The notes: a model not told the origin generated them from the sequence alone. Counted from the first letter of the stretch, positions 15,201 to 28,000 are shown. The stretch is 64,000 bases of DNA from Klebsormidium nitens (GCA_000708835.1 DF236978.1:62001-126000); one strand, 5' to 3'. Numbers and translations: made by a program.

Positions 15201-17238
15201 GAAAAACGAACTTGCGTGAAGGAAACAAAGGTTGCCACTATCAAGGGGAGATCTGCTCAAGCGGCGGCCCGGCCTGCTTCTTCCTTGCTACACCTAGGGC
15301 GCTCGCTGATATTTTGAGCCCGTTATGAGCTGAAATAGTCGATTGCAAGACTCAGCTTGCTTGGGCAGTTTCGTTCAGCATGCCTTTCAGTTTCTGGATG
15401 CGTGGCTGCCAAAGACAAAGCTACCCAACACTTGCAACGCAGACAAACGTTGGCCACAGTGTCGTCCGCTCGTTCGCTCGACTGCCCAGACCGGCAGGAA
15501 CACCCGACCCTTCACAAAATACTTTAATCGCGCAAATCAAATTCGAGGATTCAGTAGATCCAGTAGATCCAGTAGATGCAACACTAGCGCTTCCGGTCCA
15601 TGTCGCTCACTTCGAACGCGGCCGAGTCCCACGCGGCCGCGTCGCTAAGCTCGTCGACGAGCGCGTTCGCGAGGGACGTGCTGCAAAGGCTCTGCGTCTC
15701 GAGCAGCGCGCGCAGCTGGTCCCCTGTGCGCGCGAGCAGGTCCGCGCGTATGTCCTTCCCCAGGATGTCGATCGTCTTCACGGACGCGGTGTGCGTGAAG
15801 AAGAAGGCCATCATGGCCACCCCCGCGAGCAGCACCGTCAGCAGCGCCTGAGAATTCACAGGAAGGTTTGGCTGCTAACCAGGCTTGATAACCAGACTTT
15901 AGTGTGGTTCTTTGACCAAAAATCGCGTCATAGCCATGCTAAAAACGTGGTTACTGCTCGAGTCTGGTTATCGGGCATTCAAACAGCTTTGACCAGCCCG
16001 TGACCGACTGTGTTAACCGCCAAAAATCCCTGTGAATCAACTTGGTCGGAAGAATCGCAGTTTGATTTTTCGCTCTGTGACATCTTTGCGGAGAAGGCGA
16101 CGAAGAGCCCAGACTCGTTGTCACAATCGGGAGTCCTCTGATTACGCTTGCATTGGCTGTGGGCTTTTCGATGCCATCAGCCGAAGAAACTCCGTTGGAG
16201 ACAGTCATGCTTAACCCGACCGAGCTCCTCGCTGCCTACTTTATGGCGGCAAGACTGTCAGCGTTGCCCGACTACAAAGCCCACGAATGTTGAAAAATCG
16301 TGGAGCGTTCCAGCCAGCTCAGAGTTCGATGAACGAAAGAGCTCGAGCAAATAAAGGCGTTAGCATGAAAAGATTCGAGCCGCTTGAGCGCTTTGAGGCG
16401 GTCGATGCAATAGGGTCGTAGTGTTCGTTAGTGCTTAATTTTCTTTTCTCTAGTGATTCCCGTTGCCAGCTGTTTCCTTGCTTTGAACACCGTATTGACA
16501 TTGCTGCGGGCTAATTCAAAGCCCTGAAGTGAGGGTCAAAAGTTGAGCCCTAACTTCAAAGCTCTTAAGTTAGGGTCTGCTTAAGAGTACGCCCCAAAGA
16601 CGAAGTCAAGGTCTAGAATTGTATATTATCTCCACTTAGTTTCTTTCCGACCCACGCTCTGTTCACCCTCTCCTTGCTGGTACACGGCCGCATATCGAGC
16701 ATCCTGTGACTGGATTCCGCCTACCAAAATCGAGGAAGCAACCTTGACCGCAAGCAGGCAAGATGTTTGATGATAAGCTATTTGAACCCAAACGTAATAC
16801 TTGAGGCCAAGTCAATCATACTCGAGCATCTTTCGGGTTGACGTTGACATGGAGCTGAAAGGAGGTGGTTATTCATTGTGAACAAGCCTGAAGCCATCTG
16901 AATCCAATCTAAGATGTAGTGCGACTTTTGCTAGCAGACTACTGCTGAAACACCACCCCCGACTGCACCCTTTCTAAGGTCTGCAAAGGTTGCCACGTCC
17001 GAGGAGTCCTTCAACAGCAAGCTTGAGGAAAGACTAAGCTCAGCCAAAAGGCAATCCCTCTCACCATGGTTGCCAGCCGCATCAGCAGAACACTGTAGGA
17101 GCGGGGAAGCTCGTCCTCCTCCTCCCCCGACGCATACATCGAGGCGCCCTTGCCCCTCCACTTTTTGGCAGGTGTCAGCCATTGCAGAATGCGACGTGGC
17201 TCCCAAACACACCCGAAGGTCCCCGCTTTCTTCTTCAT
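9274..17238 (-). CDS. AHK1: Membrane-bound hybrid histidine kinase, AHK1/ATHK1 (osmosensor) type
   Basis: Exons (minus strand, 5' to 3') at about 17238-17065, 15847-15611, 14994-13991, 13659-13503, 13035-12909, 12462-12377, 12121-12040, 11675-10057 and 9498-9274. Motifs: TM1 YSVLLMRLATM|ALLTVLLAG, extracellular domain, TM2, H-box FMANMSHELRTP, N-box QIFTNLLSNAIKFT, G1 VEDTGCGIP, G2 YGGTGLGL, a degenerate receiver (QKPL) and a terminal receiver (VVEDT, ILMDCQMPVMDG, LTAHA, LTKPL). The segment EIKLERELFRQLAAKRRAEA and the N-terminal WLTP..YSVLLMRLA match my recollection of Arabidopsis AHK1. Additional 5' exons cannot be excluded. Confidence 0.9.
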
Positions 17239-18239
17239 TGTTCACAGTGCTCAAATGTTGCACGGGGCCCTGCTAGGCGCTTGTGAGTCAATAAAAGGCG
17301 TATGAATGGCGCTCAGGATAATATTAAATGAGCGCAGGCGGGTCTCTTGCCGAATGCATGTCTCCTGGCATTGCACCGACTGATCAAGTATAGCCGGATC
17401 CGTTCTTTGGAGACGTGCAAGAGGCCGCTCCAAGGCTTAATCTTTCAGTTGCTCCGAATGCAACTTCAAACTGGCGGCAGCCCAAGAAGTGAGAAGAAGA
17501 TTGTTTGAAATCCGTGCGATTTAATCCTCCGTTGCGCTTAGCTTGAGTCAACGGCTGCACTTCTATTCCAGGGAGCCGCCGCCCCTTTCCAATCGGAAGC
17601 ACTTGCCGGCATCCGCTGTTCCAATCCCGCCCTGACCAATACGGCTATACGTTTAACTTGGGCGCCGCAAAAGCGGCTGCCAAGACCGAAGTCGGCCACA
17701 CCTTTGGTTTAACATGCGCCGCAGACCATCTCAACCTTAACAGTCATGAACGACCGCACTACCGATCGCTTCACTTTCAACCTAAGCACGAGTGCAGGAC
17801 TGAGTGGCTCTGCGCGGCGAGACCTGGATTGAATTGTGGAATCGTCGGACGTTTGCCTCTGAGAACGTTAGCTGACAGGTCTCCCTACAAAGAAGCTGAC
17901 GCTCCTGTGGAAGCACTATTTGTCGACCAGCTGGAGCGAGGCATTGGGCGGCATGTGCACCCAGTCAGGCAGGCCGACTCTACACGGCAAACATACCTAT
18001 GTCAAAATAGGCTTCACTCGGCCATTCGCCTGCAGTGCGCGGGCAATATCCCGAACTCCGATCGAGTTGTGTCAGGCCGCCAATATCGGCCCGACGTCTC
18101 ACAGATTGAGTCGAGCTGGGGAAATTCAAACGTCACGGTCTCACGGTCCGGAAGTACCGATCAAGCAAGTGATATTTTCAAAGGTGTAGATGTACGCGTC
18201 CATCTGAACGTGGTCTAGACCATCTGCTTCTGTTTGACC

Positions 18240-19190
18240 ACAGCTTCACAATGGTACGTGCGTGAATTAGCGATAACGTACTGCCACAAAGAGTTGCCGC
18301 CGACTGCATGGCGCCGAGATCCAGCGAAGGTCGACGTACGTTCCCCGACTCCGACCGAAATCCGGAGTCCGAAGCACTGCCCCAACCGTGCCAACGCGGC
18401 TCATGCATTACGTAAATCAGTTGAAAGTACAATCACTTGAGCCGCGGCCTGCGATCAAAACTGAGCGGACTGCTCCATTGCCGAGTACCTGCTGCTCGCC
18501 AGTTCCTCAAAACAACTCAATGGGAGCAGGAACAGGGCCGTGGGCCTTGGCCCGTGGGTCGGCGTGACCCGCTGGGCCAACAATCCGGCGCGGCCCGCGG
18601 CCTCGAGGGCGGCTGTACTTGCACCGTCCTCCGTACAGTCCTCGCTCCGAGGCTCGTACCTATATCGTAGCTGTACTGTAGACGGTAGACCGTACTGGGC
18701 GAGTCGGAGGCACATGTGTCAGATTTGATTCGGAGCTGAGCAGCCGGGCTCCCTCCGGGCTCCCTAGAAGTGGCTGCTGCCGCAAGCGACGTCGCGGAGG
18801 TACCACCCAGAGCACGCCATGCCAATTCAAAGTACCTACCTACTACGATTCCTGAGGGGGATCCATTGTACCACGTACACGCAGTACCCGGTACATATAG
18901 TAGCTGTAAATCGACGGTGTACCAGCGGCCCGTGACGATCCGACGGGCAACTTTGCTTAGGTTATGAGTGCGCGCGCGACAGTCCAGTTGGATCGATCGA
19001 GTCTGGCAGCATCGCTTGAACTGAGACACTAGGACACTGTACTTACTGCCGAGCACCTAGTGGGACGGCGCAGTTCGGAGCGTCGGGAGCTCCGGACGGC
19101 CACGATCAAAAGTTAGAACGTTAGAACGCGTTCTACCGGATCATCGCAACGGTTTGTACACTAGTGTACTTTTCGTAGAACGTTCTATCG
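18240..19190. other. GTAC/TAC/GTA-dense patch upstream of the AHK1-like gene
   Basis: About 20 GTAC by hand count in about 0.95 kb, against about 4 expected at uniform base composition. Confidence 0.75.
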
Positions 19191-19264
19191 GCCAACCAGA
19201 GGCCTGTGATGATCGTTCTAAACTGGCTGAGTGCACCGTTGATGATTCCTCGCCATCAACGGTG
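19112..19264. promoter_or_regulatory. Cluster of perfect palindromes including a 2-unit HSE-like nGAAnnTTCn, plus a hairpin
   Basis: tagaacgcgttcta (19122-19135), gtacactagtgtac (19156-19169), tagaacgttcta (19176-19187), and the stem caccgttgatg/catcaacggtg (19234-19264). The structure is seen directly; any regulatory role is inferred. Confidence 0.35.
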
Positions 19265-19669
19265 GACCCATTCAAACTGCCTGACTCTGTGGCCGCCGGC
19301 ACAGTGTGCCTGGTGCCAGACTTCGAAAGCAAGCACTGAAGCAGCCTGCACTTGGCAGGAATTGACGCGCAGCTAGCATGGGGAGCAGGGCAGGCATGCT
19401 CCCTGCCGCCTACCGTAGCATGAGGCAGCTAACTTGCTCCCCATGGCTGCTGCAGGCGCCGGAAATTTGTCAGGCAGCAGCTGGAAACGTTTCTAGCCCC
19501 TGTCGCTGGGATCATTGGTCCTCGCAAGCTTTTGCAAAACAGCAGGCAAACTTTGGGCAGGTACTAATACAACTTTGTAAGATGACAGAGGTTTGAATCG
19601 TCCTACTGTCCTGAAGGTGCACTTCTGGCATTGAATTGACCAGGTGATGGAAGCGGTTCAACCTCTTCT

Positions 19670-22505
19670 CTCTATTGATTGTCCTGCTTCTGCAGACCTG
19701 CACAGCTTGTGAACTGGCCTTGGCACCAATGTTCTAGCTGGCGTTTGTGATTGCTTTCTGGAATCTCTGATGCTGGACATGCTGGATATGAGTGACGATA
19801 GGGAAGATGGGGCCGTCTGCGAAATGCATGGAATGTGCCCTTTCCAACTGTGCCCAATGTAGCAACTTTCCAGCTGCTAAGATCCTCCAGATCTACTTGA
19901 TTTGAAATTTTCCTCTCAAGCAGTCTAATCAAGAAGCCCACCACTCTGCGCGCTGTCATTGCCAAGCCTGCCCAGCATGGTCCTATCAAAGCCCATCTTA
20001 TCTTATCTGAGATAAGATTTGAGTAGCAGCATGCCCGAGCAACTCATCAGAAGATTGGGTGCTTCTTACTCAGAGAAGCCCTGGCTTCTACAGGTGCATC
20101 TGAGCTGTGGATTCTGATGTCTTTTGTTCGTTCGCTTATCTGCAGATCGAGAGACCTGGGGAATGCGCGACAAGCTTTGACATAGCTGGCTTGGCCCATT
20201 CCCCGCTCAGCTCTACACTGCATACACTGCAAGTGAGTTTCTCTCTCAAAAATCTGCATAAGCTTCGTTGGCCCAATTGCACATGACATAGGCTTTTTCA
20301 CGTTCTATACTGGACAAGCTCTTCAAATGAGGCACGTAGCTAAGCTCTTGATAACCTTCTTTACATGCTCCATTGCTGAAGTAATCTCAATCTGGGCGCC
20401 GCGACGCCTTTTATGTTCTTTTCTCTCAACACAAACGTCCATCCCGTCTCACCAAATAAGTGCAAAAAAGGAACTCCATTCTGACTCCTTTTGTGATTCC
20501 TTTGCCAAGATCTCTCCCGATACTTTTTCTGATTTGTTGCTGACGTCATCTCATATGCCTCGCAGATCCACACCCACATGTCTTCGGCTGGCCAGCTCAG
20601 TAACAGCTTGCCAGTCATTCTGGCCAGGACGCTGACATCATCAGCATCAGCAGCTGCTACAAGTAGCAGCTGTGATGTAGGCCAGTTTACCCAGGTTGCA
20701 ATCGGAAGCGTGACTGGGGAATACGCTCCGGCGATCCAGCAGAAACGACAGGAAGAGCGCCGATGATTGGCGGGGTCGAACAGTTGACGCGCCAACTGGA
20801 GAGGACACCCGTTTAGCACAGGTGCCAGGTGGGTCACGCACTTTGCAGGCTTTCGTACGTCACAGGGTGTATGGCATGCTTTTGTGAGCGTGCCAGATGT
20901 GGTAAAGTCTTTGTGCGCATTTGCAAGCTCGGGGATCATTCTGCTTGGTCATGAACAATGTCTTCTATTTTCTTATTTTGGAAGACCGTTTCTGAGTGAC
21001 ACTCTCTCAACATAGCCACTTTCGGTGTCCACCCTGTCTTCTGTTCTTGGAATAGGACGTCACTGATTTGCTTAAATGCGGATTAGTCAAGGATCTGTCA
21101 AAGTGGAGAAGGGAATTTGCCCGCATGGGCCAGAGCTTGTTTATTGCGAGCAAGTCTGGCGAGGAAAAAGTCTTGGCAGTCTTGGAATGCTGGAATGTTT
21201 TTCCAAGCTGGGGTTTGCTTCTCGACAACAGAAACTTCCGAACTAGCCAATAGATGCCTCTGAACTTAGTAAAGGGCAGGCCGCCATCAAAGCCAAGTCT
21301 CAAACCTATGAACCATATGTTCAGAGCAAGCAGCGCTTGCGCAAAAAAGGCCATGTGTCATAAGCGCGCGACGTCATGCTTACAAAACCGTCCATGTCGT
21401 CATGCTCACATCAGGATCTGGGACGTCCCCCTGCAGGTGATGCGCAGCTTCTACGGACAGCATCTGCCAAGTGGCGCCATCACGTGTACCTCCTTCTCAG
21501 GTCCAAGGCAGGCAGCTTCAAGCTGGCCGCCGAATGAGATGCAGCCGCTTGAAGCGGCCGCGCCGTACCAGCCACGTGGCAGCCTGAGCCCGATCCTCGT
21601 TCTGGCATTATGGTGAGCAATCAGTTTCTGCAATTGCTTCGGCAGTTTTAGAGGTTACCTATGGGAGTGTGGGCCTATGGAAATGTCGCGCTGAAAGGCA
21701 GATAGATGCACATGAGAATTGTCGTGTCTCCATATCTGTGTTATAGTCGGGGGCCTTAAAGTTCATAAGACATGGGGGCTAATAAGGTACGTGGCAGAGT
21801 GGAGCAGACAAGAAAGAATTGCGCTTGAGGCTTTCGTTTTCTATCTGATGCGCACTGCAAACGCCGACTCTCAGCGTTTGGCGCTGCGACTGTGGCACGT
21901 GAACATGGCTTTCTGAGCTCGGCCAATCAATGTTGTATGATGAGACAATGAAGCAGGGATGTGCCTTGACGCTCCTTTTCAGACTGCATCCACTGCGCTT
22001 CGTTTCGTCAGTGCAAACAGTATGTGCTTGTCCCTGCATTGAATTTTGACATGTGAACGTCGCTGTCTGAGCGACGGTCAGGGTTTCAAAGGAAAGACAT
22101 ATGTCGAGGGGCCATGTCCTTGGCCCCTTTTTGGTATGCATTCCACTTGCGTGGGCTCTTTCCTTGGGTGAGTAGATCTGAGTTCTACAATCAGGATTTC
22201 GCATCTGGTAACGTGACAGGAGGAGTCTGGTCGCTTCAACTCAGGACTCCTCCGAAAACGTCAACGTGAAGGTAGTCTCTTCCGAGTATGGCAACAAACG
22301 AGTAAGGCACCTTCCAGACAAGACACCGGCAAAGTGCTTGGTGTTTATGCCCCGTTGAAAGAGTTCTTTGGTCGGTGAAGAATGATCTGACTTTCGTATG
22401 TGCAGAATCCTTCTGTTCTGCATATTGCTGGAGTGACCGATCCTTCATTTTGCTGGCGGCCAACAATTCGTCTACCAACTGCCACTACAAGGCGCGCTTC
22501 GACAT
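19670..22505 (-). pseudogene. Decayed coding block of unknown family (pseudogene or transposon remnant)
   Basis: Protein-like minus-strand frames interrupted by TGA/TAA/TAG, e.g. MSKRAL*WQLVDELLAASKMKDRSLQQYAEQ and FQDCQDFFLARLARNKQALAHAGKFPSPL*QILD*SAFKQISDVLFQEQKTGW. No domain recognised. Confidence 0.3.
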
Positions 22506-23284
22506 TGCGGTATCTCAAATTGCAAGAGTCCCGGTTAAGTTTATGATCTAGGACACAAGAATGATTGCCTAGAACTACTGTAGTGGACAATTTGAGCATG
22601 TGGCATTTGAAACGTGGCCCAAACAGCATGGTTCCAACCGTGTGGTTTAAGAAGCATAGGTTCAAATGGGTCTTCAATTGGTTTCAAGCGCGATTTGGTA
22701 GCTAGTTGTTTTTACCCGCTTTGGTGCACGAATCTGGCGTTACATCCTCAAGGTGATTTGAGTCCGATCAAAATTAGAATCTTGGTTTGTGTGCATTGAG
22801 CTGCAAAGTTCCCGTCTCCGTGACCTTCTGGGTTTGTGAATCGTGCATTGAATATCACAAGGTATCGCAATCATTGAATAGAGTAAGCAAGTATCATCAG
22901 CATACTGAGAGGTTCAAGTAGATTGCGTGAAATGTCGAGCTCAATTGCAAGCTATGAATATATAGCGGATGATGTATGGAAAAAGCCTCGAGTCTTCCCT
23001 ACTACCTAGTCAAAAAGATGGTACGATTTCAGTTTGGAAAGCTTGCCGGCCTAGAGATTGAACCCGTGACCTTTTGGAATCACTTTTCGAGGAGCAAAGC
23101 CATCTGTTAAGGGTTTTGCAAAGCCTGAGCTAGGGTTAAACCCTTTCAGCCCATGATCGTTAATGAACATTCTTACCGTCGATATTTCGCCTTTGGCGAC
23201 CGACGGCTGTAAGAACGCCCCGGCGGGGTCCCTCCCGGGCCCCCTCCCGACCTCGTTTCTGCCCGGTTTTCCCTCCCGACCCTT

Positions 23285-23445
23285 AGAACGCGGCCCTAAG
23301 GCGCCCGGGGTCCAATGGATGGTGGCTAGTAGGATACCTAGCTAGGTTCGGTGCGGAGCGGGCATCATCATTTTGATAAGCCTTAGGGTTTTATTTAGGG
23401 ATCCCAGGTAAGCGACTGTTAGTTCAATCGATTGATTGAACGTTG
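23285..23445. mobile_element. Diverged relative of the MITE at 54891
   Basis: Collinear blocks shared with the MITE interior: cctaag-gc(g/a)cccgggg, atggtgg(c/t)tag, ggtgcggagcggg, ttagg..tttta, cc(a/g)ggtaa..actg, ttag(t/g)tca. Confidence 0.5.
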
Positions 23446-25075
23446 CCAAGTATGATCGAGCTCCTCATTGAACATTTGTCAACCTCAGATGTTGTTGACA
23501 TACGGCACGATCTTTACAATCTCTGATCGTAATACTCAGTATACTTCAAGCTTTAGTTAAGCTATTGTCACGGATATGGGATCACCCAAAAAGAATAGCC
23601 TTTTTGCTTTAAAGGCTATTCGTGCTCGATTGCGGATCAAGCAACAAATCAAGCATATAGTCTAGCTCGCGGCAAAACTCGACATGCGTACCCCATGCGA
23701 ACGTTTGTCAGAATTAGCAGGAGGGTCACGAGGACGTGCGGCAGGCGCAGATCGCTATTGAGAACTTACAGACACAACTATATTCATGAATTAAACACAA
23801 TACTTGCTCATGACGGTTAACCTATAACCGCCCGCCTACATCAAACAGTAACTCCGTGACACATTCACAAAAATGATTGTATTAATACGTCCAACACAGA
23901 GATCTGCACTTGCCGCCGCGGCCATGCATGTCCAGTGACCATTATTTAACGCAGATTGGGCATGTACGTGTACGTTGTGCATGAACTTGGGCATGACTTG
24001 AAGATTGTGCATGAACTTATGATACCAACTGATTACGAAAGTATATGTCATCCAATTTCGCGTGCGTTTCAACTCATTCATGCGATTACATGTTTGCTCC
24101 ATGCAAACACTTTTGTAGTAACGATTCACCAGGCCCGGAATTGTCCGGCACGCGCACGGGGCCCTGTCACGGGCGGACCGGTTTTGAAATTGTTGGCACC
24201 TGATGAATGCAACGCATGATTGCATGCGTAGGTGCTCAGCGGCAGTACGCAATATATCGATCAGAATCGATCCATTGGGGCGCGCACAAAATCCATGAAT
24301 TGCGCAATCATGGGGGCCCTCTTGCAAGGACATCATGGACTATATTGATGCAGGTTTGATTCAACTTCATTAATTTAAAAGGTTTGACGGAACTGACGCG
24401 GATCGGATCGTACAATGTTTGTATACATGAGGTCAGTCGCTTAACGGAACTGCTGCCACCTAGTCATAGACTCACTCACACTAAGCAGATCAGGGGGTTG
24501 AGCTTCGCTAACCGTACAACGGCAGGATTACTTGAGGCACTGCGCATGAAGACGGTGGTCCTCAACCGCCGCAATCGCCAAACAAACAGGATGACCCTAA
24601 TCGAGGTTGAGCGTGCAAAGTTGCCTCGGATGCATTGGCGTGAGTACCAATACAATAATTAATAGATCAACCACTGGCCAAACGTCAACATTAGTTGTGT
24701 AGATGCACAACGGCTTTGAGGTCGTTGGACGTATTTACTTGCTGTGCATATGTCATGTGAGACTCGGATGCAAGAGCTACCTGAACACCTTTTTTGAAAG
24801 ACAACACGACACGTGCACCTCGTCAAGGCAAAGCTCACCATCTCAACCTCTGTCTAGATTGACGACCAGAGATCAAATTCGGAATCTGAAAGCAAGCTGA
24901 CTACGGAGAGCAAGACAAGCTAAACTGCAAAATCAAGATCCTAATGAACCCCGGATGTACCCCGCCCTCCCCTTATCTAACACAAGCAAGCTGGCACAAT
25001 CTCTGCAGGCCCCACAATGTACAGAAGTCAGAAGTCTCACGGAGACTCACGTGCGCACCCCCCGTGCATTATTGT

Positions 25076-28000
25076 CTAGTTGCTGCCTTCCAGATTAGTA
25101 AAGACATCTGTCCTTGTGACAATACCTGCATATGACCAAATTGGGTGTCAAATCTGGCAGCGTTCAGAAAGCATCAAGCAGTAAAACAGCGGCAGTCCCG
25201 GTTTCTGTGCTCTAAACGATGGTAGCAGGCCCGGGACAACAACGACGCTGCAGATACGGACACCTCGTATTGTCCCTGTAAGACTCGTATACAAACAGAA
25301 GGCCCTCAACTGCTTCCCTGCCAAAACACTGCGATGATAAAATTTTACTAAGTGAACACCTGCTTCTAGTTTTCACCTGCTTCTAGTTTTCACCCAGCAC
25401 ACGGTTAGGCTATGCCACAGCCCATAACAACCAGGGTGTCCTTCTTATTCTAGACTACTCTCTCAGGTAAGAAAAGGCAGTGCTGTCGTGGACACTCACC
25501 GACGAGCTGATCCGCTTCGTTGACAACAGGGATTCTGTGCACCTTGTGCTTCAGCATAAGCACGGCGGCATCTGCAGGAGTGACATTTGTGCTCATGAGG
25601 TTGACCTAGAATCCTTCAAAAAGCGATTGATTGAGCACCTTCAAGCGAGCTCGGACATCAACACACTTCGGAGTACGAACGGCACAAAAACAAGCAAATA
25701 GGTGCCCTCTTTCTCAAGTTGTCACCTCGACTACGACGGCTTGGAAACAAGGGAGAGCAGCCGGGGTGTTTGTTCTGGACTTTACTGATAGGGATCCCGA
25801 GCTTACTTGCACTTGTCGGTCACTGCCCATGTCGAGGTCAACCACTTACCTGACACGGTGCTGGAGTCGGTGGCAGTGTAAACAGGGGTGGACATGATGT
25901 CCCCAACAGACGCGTTCTGCAGAAGAGGGGTTATGAGGGACTGATCAGCATGGTCGAATAAAGCAAGCGCATTTTCAACGAGGGTTCTCACTAACCACTG
26001 ATGAGTCGGTATCACAGTCGGCCATTAAAACGTAACATACTTCTCAGTGATTGCTCTGACAATGAAATCGAATACACCGAAGCTTTGGCCCCAAGACAGA
26101 GTAGCCTCCAGACTTCTCCGTCAGTTTGCACTTGTCCAAGTCAAAATACTCTCAAAACCTTGATTCCTCCCAACAGCGAAAATGTTGAAGCTTGCATGAG
26201 AACCTTCCAATGCTGCGCGCCTGGATGAGGCAACCTCTATTCATGCCAGTCTTTCAACTGGGACTGCACATCCATGGGCACCGATCCGAATGTTGTCTCC
26301 ACTGTCGAACATTGTCTCCACTCTCAAACGACTGCCTCTGGCAGACTTATGCCACCGCAGTCTTTAACGCTAGACGCTTGAAGCAGGATACCCTGTGCCT
26401 TCCATGTTCACACGGGCAGCGAGAATGGAAAGAGTGGAAGGCGCCCACGGGGAGAAAGAAGCAGGCGTTTGACGTGCTCGGGACTACTGCTTCAAACATC
26501 GCAGTCCCAGCCCGAAGAGACACGACGTGCGATGCACACATTGTTGCAGAGAGTCCGTATCAAATGACCACGCCCCGATCCAAATGCTCACCGGGTCAGA
26601 GGACTTCTCCAGGTCCTTCTTGGAGACAACGCCCACCACCTTGAGGTCCTCGCTGACGATTGGGAGGCCGCTGATCTCATCAAAGAAGCCCGTGATCTCC
26701 GAAACCTTGTCGGTCACCTTGGCGGTCTTGACGGTAGTGGCCATGATGTCGGAGAGGAGGGTGCTAGGCTGGGCCTGTAGAAAGAAGGACAGCGCTCAGC
26801 CAGAGCGAAGCTCAGACCCCGTGTTTTGACAAATGAATGGAAAGATTCCAATAGACTGGTTCGGTTGCTGGATTGGGGAGTATCTTGAATCAGTGCACTT
26901 TTTCCGTTGTCAATGCTTCCACGCTTGCATTAAGTGATCTTTCAGAAAGCTGCGTACGGCGATGGCCGGCTGGAACTCACAATTTTGAAAGAAGCCTTAA
27001 AACTGAGATTCTTTGAGCAAGATGGGACCTGTTGTTGTGCAATTGTGTCAATGGCGCGCCTTAAGGCCACGGCCCTGGACACATCTCAACTGGCGACTTC
27101 CTGAATGCAGCTGTTGATGCATCCTGGGGCAAACGCTTGAAGCATGGTGAACCATCGACGACTAACACGAATACGAAAGTGACCTGACAACTTCAATCGT
27201 GCACTCTGAACTAACGTTTTGCATATCACAAGGTGAGGCGGAGGCTTTGCATTAAGCTAATTTCAGGAACCATAATAACAGGGCAGGTGCCAGTGGCTGA
27301 TAAGCTTAGACCAGACAAGCACAAACATTTTTACTCAAGTACAAACCAGCGAGCGTTAACCTTTACACCTTGACCTTGCGAGGTGCGGGCAAACCCTAAA
27401 AGAATTGAGCAGTGCTCGTTACTGGTATAAGGATCATTCAGGTAACCAGAATTCCTCTCAAAAGGAACGGAAGGCCGCCGTGCTCACGTTTTCCTTGAAC
27501 ATCATTGGCTCGTAGTGGGCCATCACGTCCTCAAAGTTGAGAATGGAGTGTGTGGAGCTCCACTCCCCGTGCGTGAAGGGCGCTGCATCGCTCTCCTCCT
27601 CAACGGCCACAGAGGCAGACTCCTCCTCTGAGGCAGAGGCAACAAAGCTGGTCCCGCGGCTGCTCGGGCGAGAGGTCTTTGCTGCTGCAGATAAGGCAAA
27701 GAGTACCTTCAGATTGAGGTGCAAAAGAGGCGCGAAAGGCACGATATAAACTTCATTAAGACCGAACGGCCATACAAGCACCTACTTCGATTGTGCCTCC
27801 CAACCCGGAGTTGCAGGATGAAAAGCAGCTGCAGAGGGCTGTGAAAACATTGGAGACAGACTTTGGTCGTCAAGGTGGTGCAAAATAACTTGCATCAGAT
27901 CTCGGGGCACGAAAATCTTGGATGTTCAGTCCCTGTTGCATACAGATAAGAAAAGAACGAGAGCTTCCAGCACCATTGGCTCTTGTTGAGTCTAAATACC

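Noticed and set aside
15951-16208. Minus-strand ORF first considered as the AHK1 N-terminus
   Set aside because: A better exon at 17238-17065 matches the AHK1 N-terminus and splices in phase, so this ORF falls in the intron.
23045-23085. tRNA T-arm/B-box-like sequence (minus strand ggtcacgggttcaatct)
   Set aside because: No A-box, acceptor stem or cloverleaf. At most a SINE or tRNA scrap.
24384-24662. Exon-like ORF (LLEALRMKTVVLNRR..PRMHW) with AG and GTGAGT flanks
   Set aside because: No phase-compatible partner exons and no recognisable homology.
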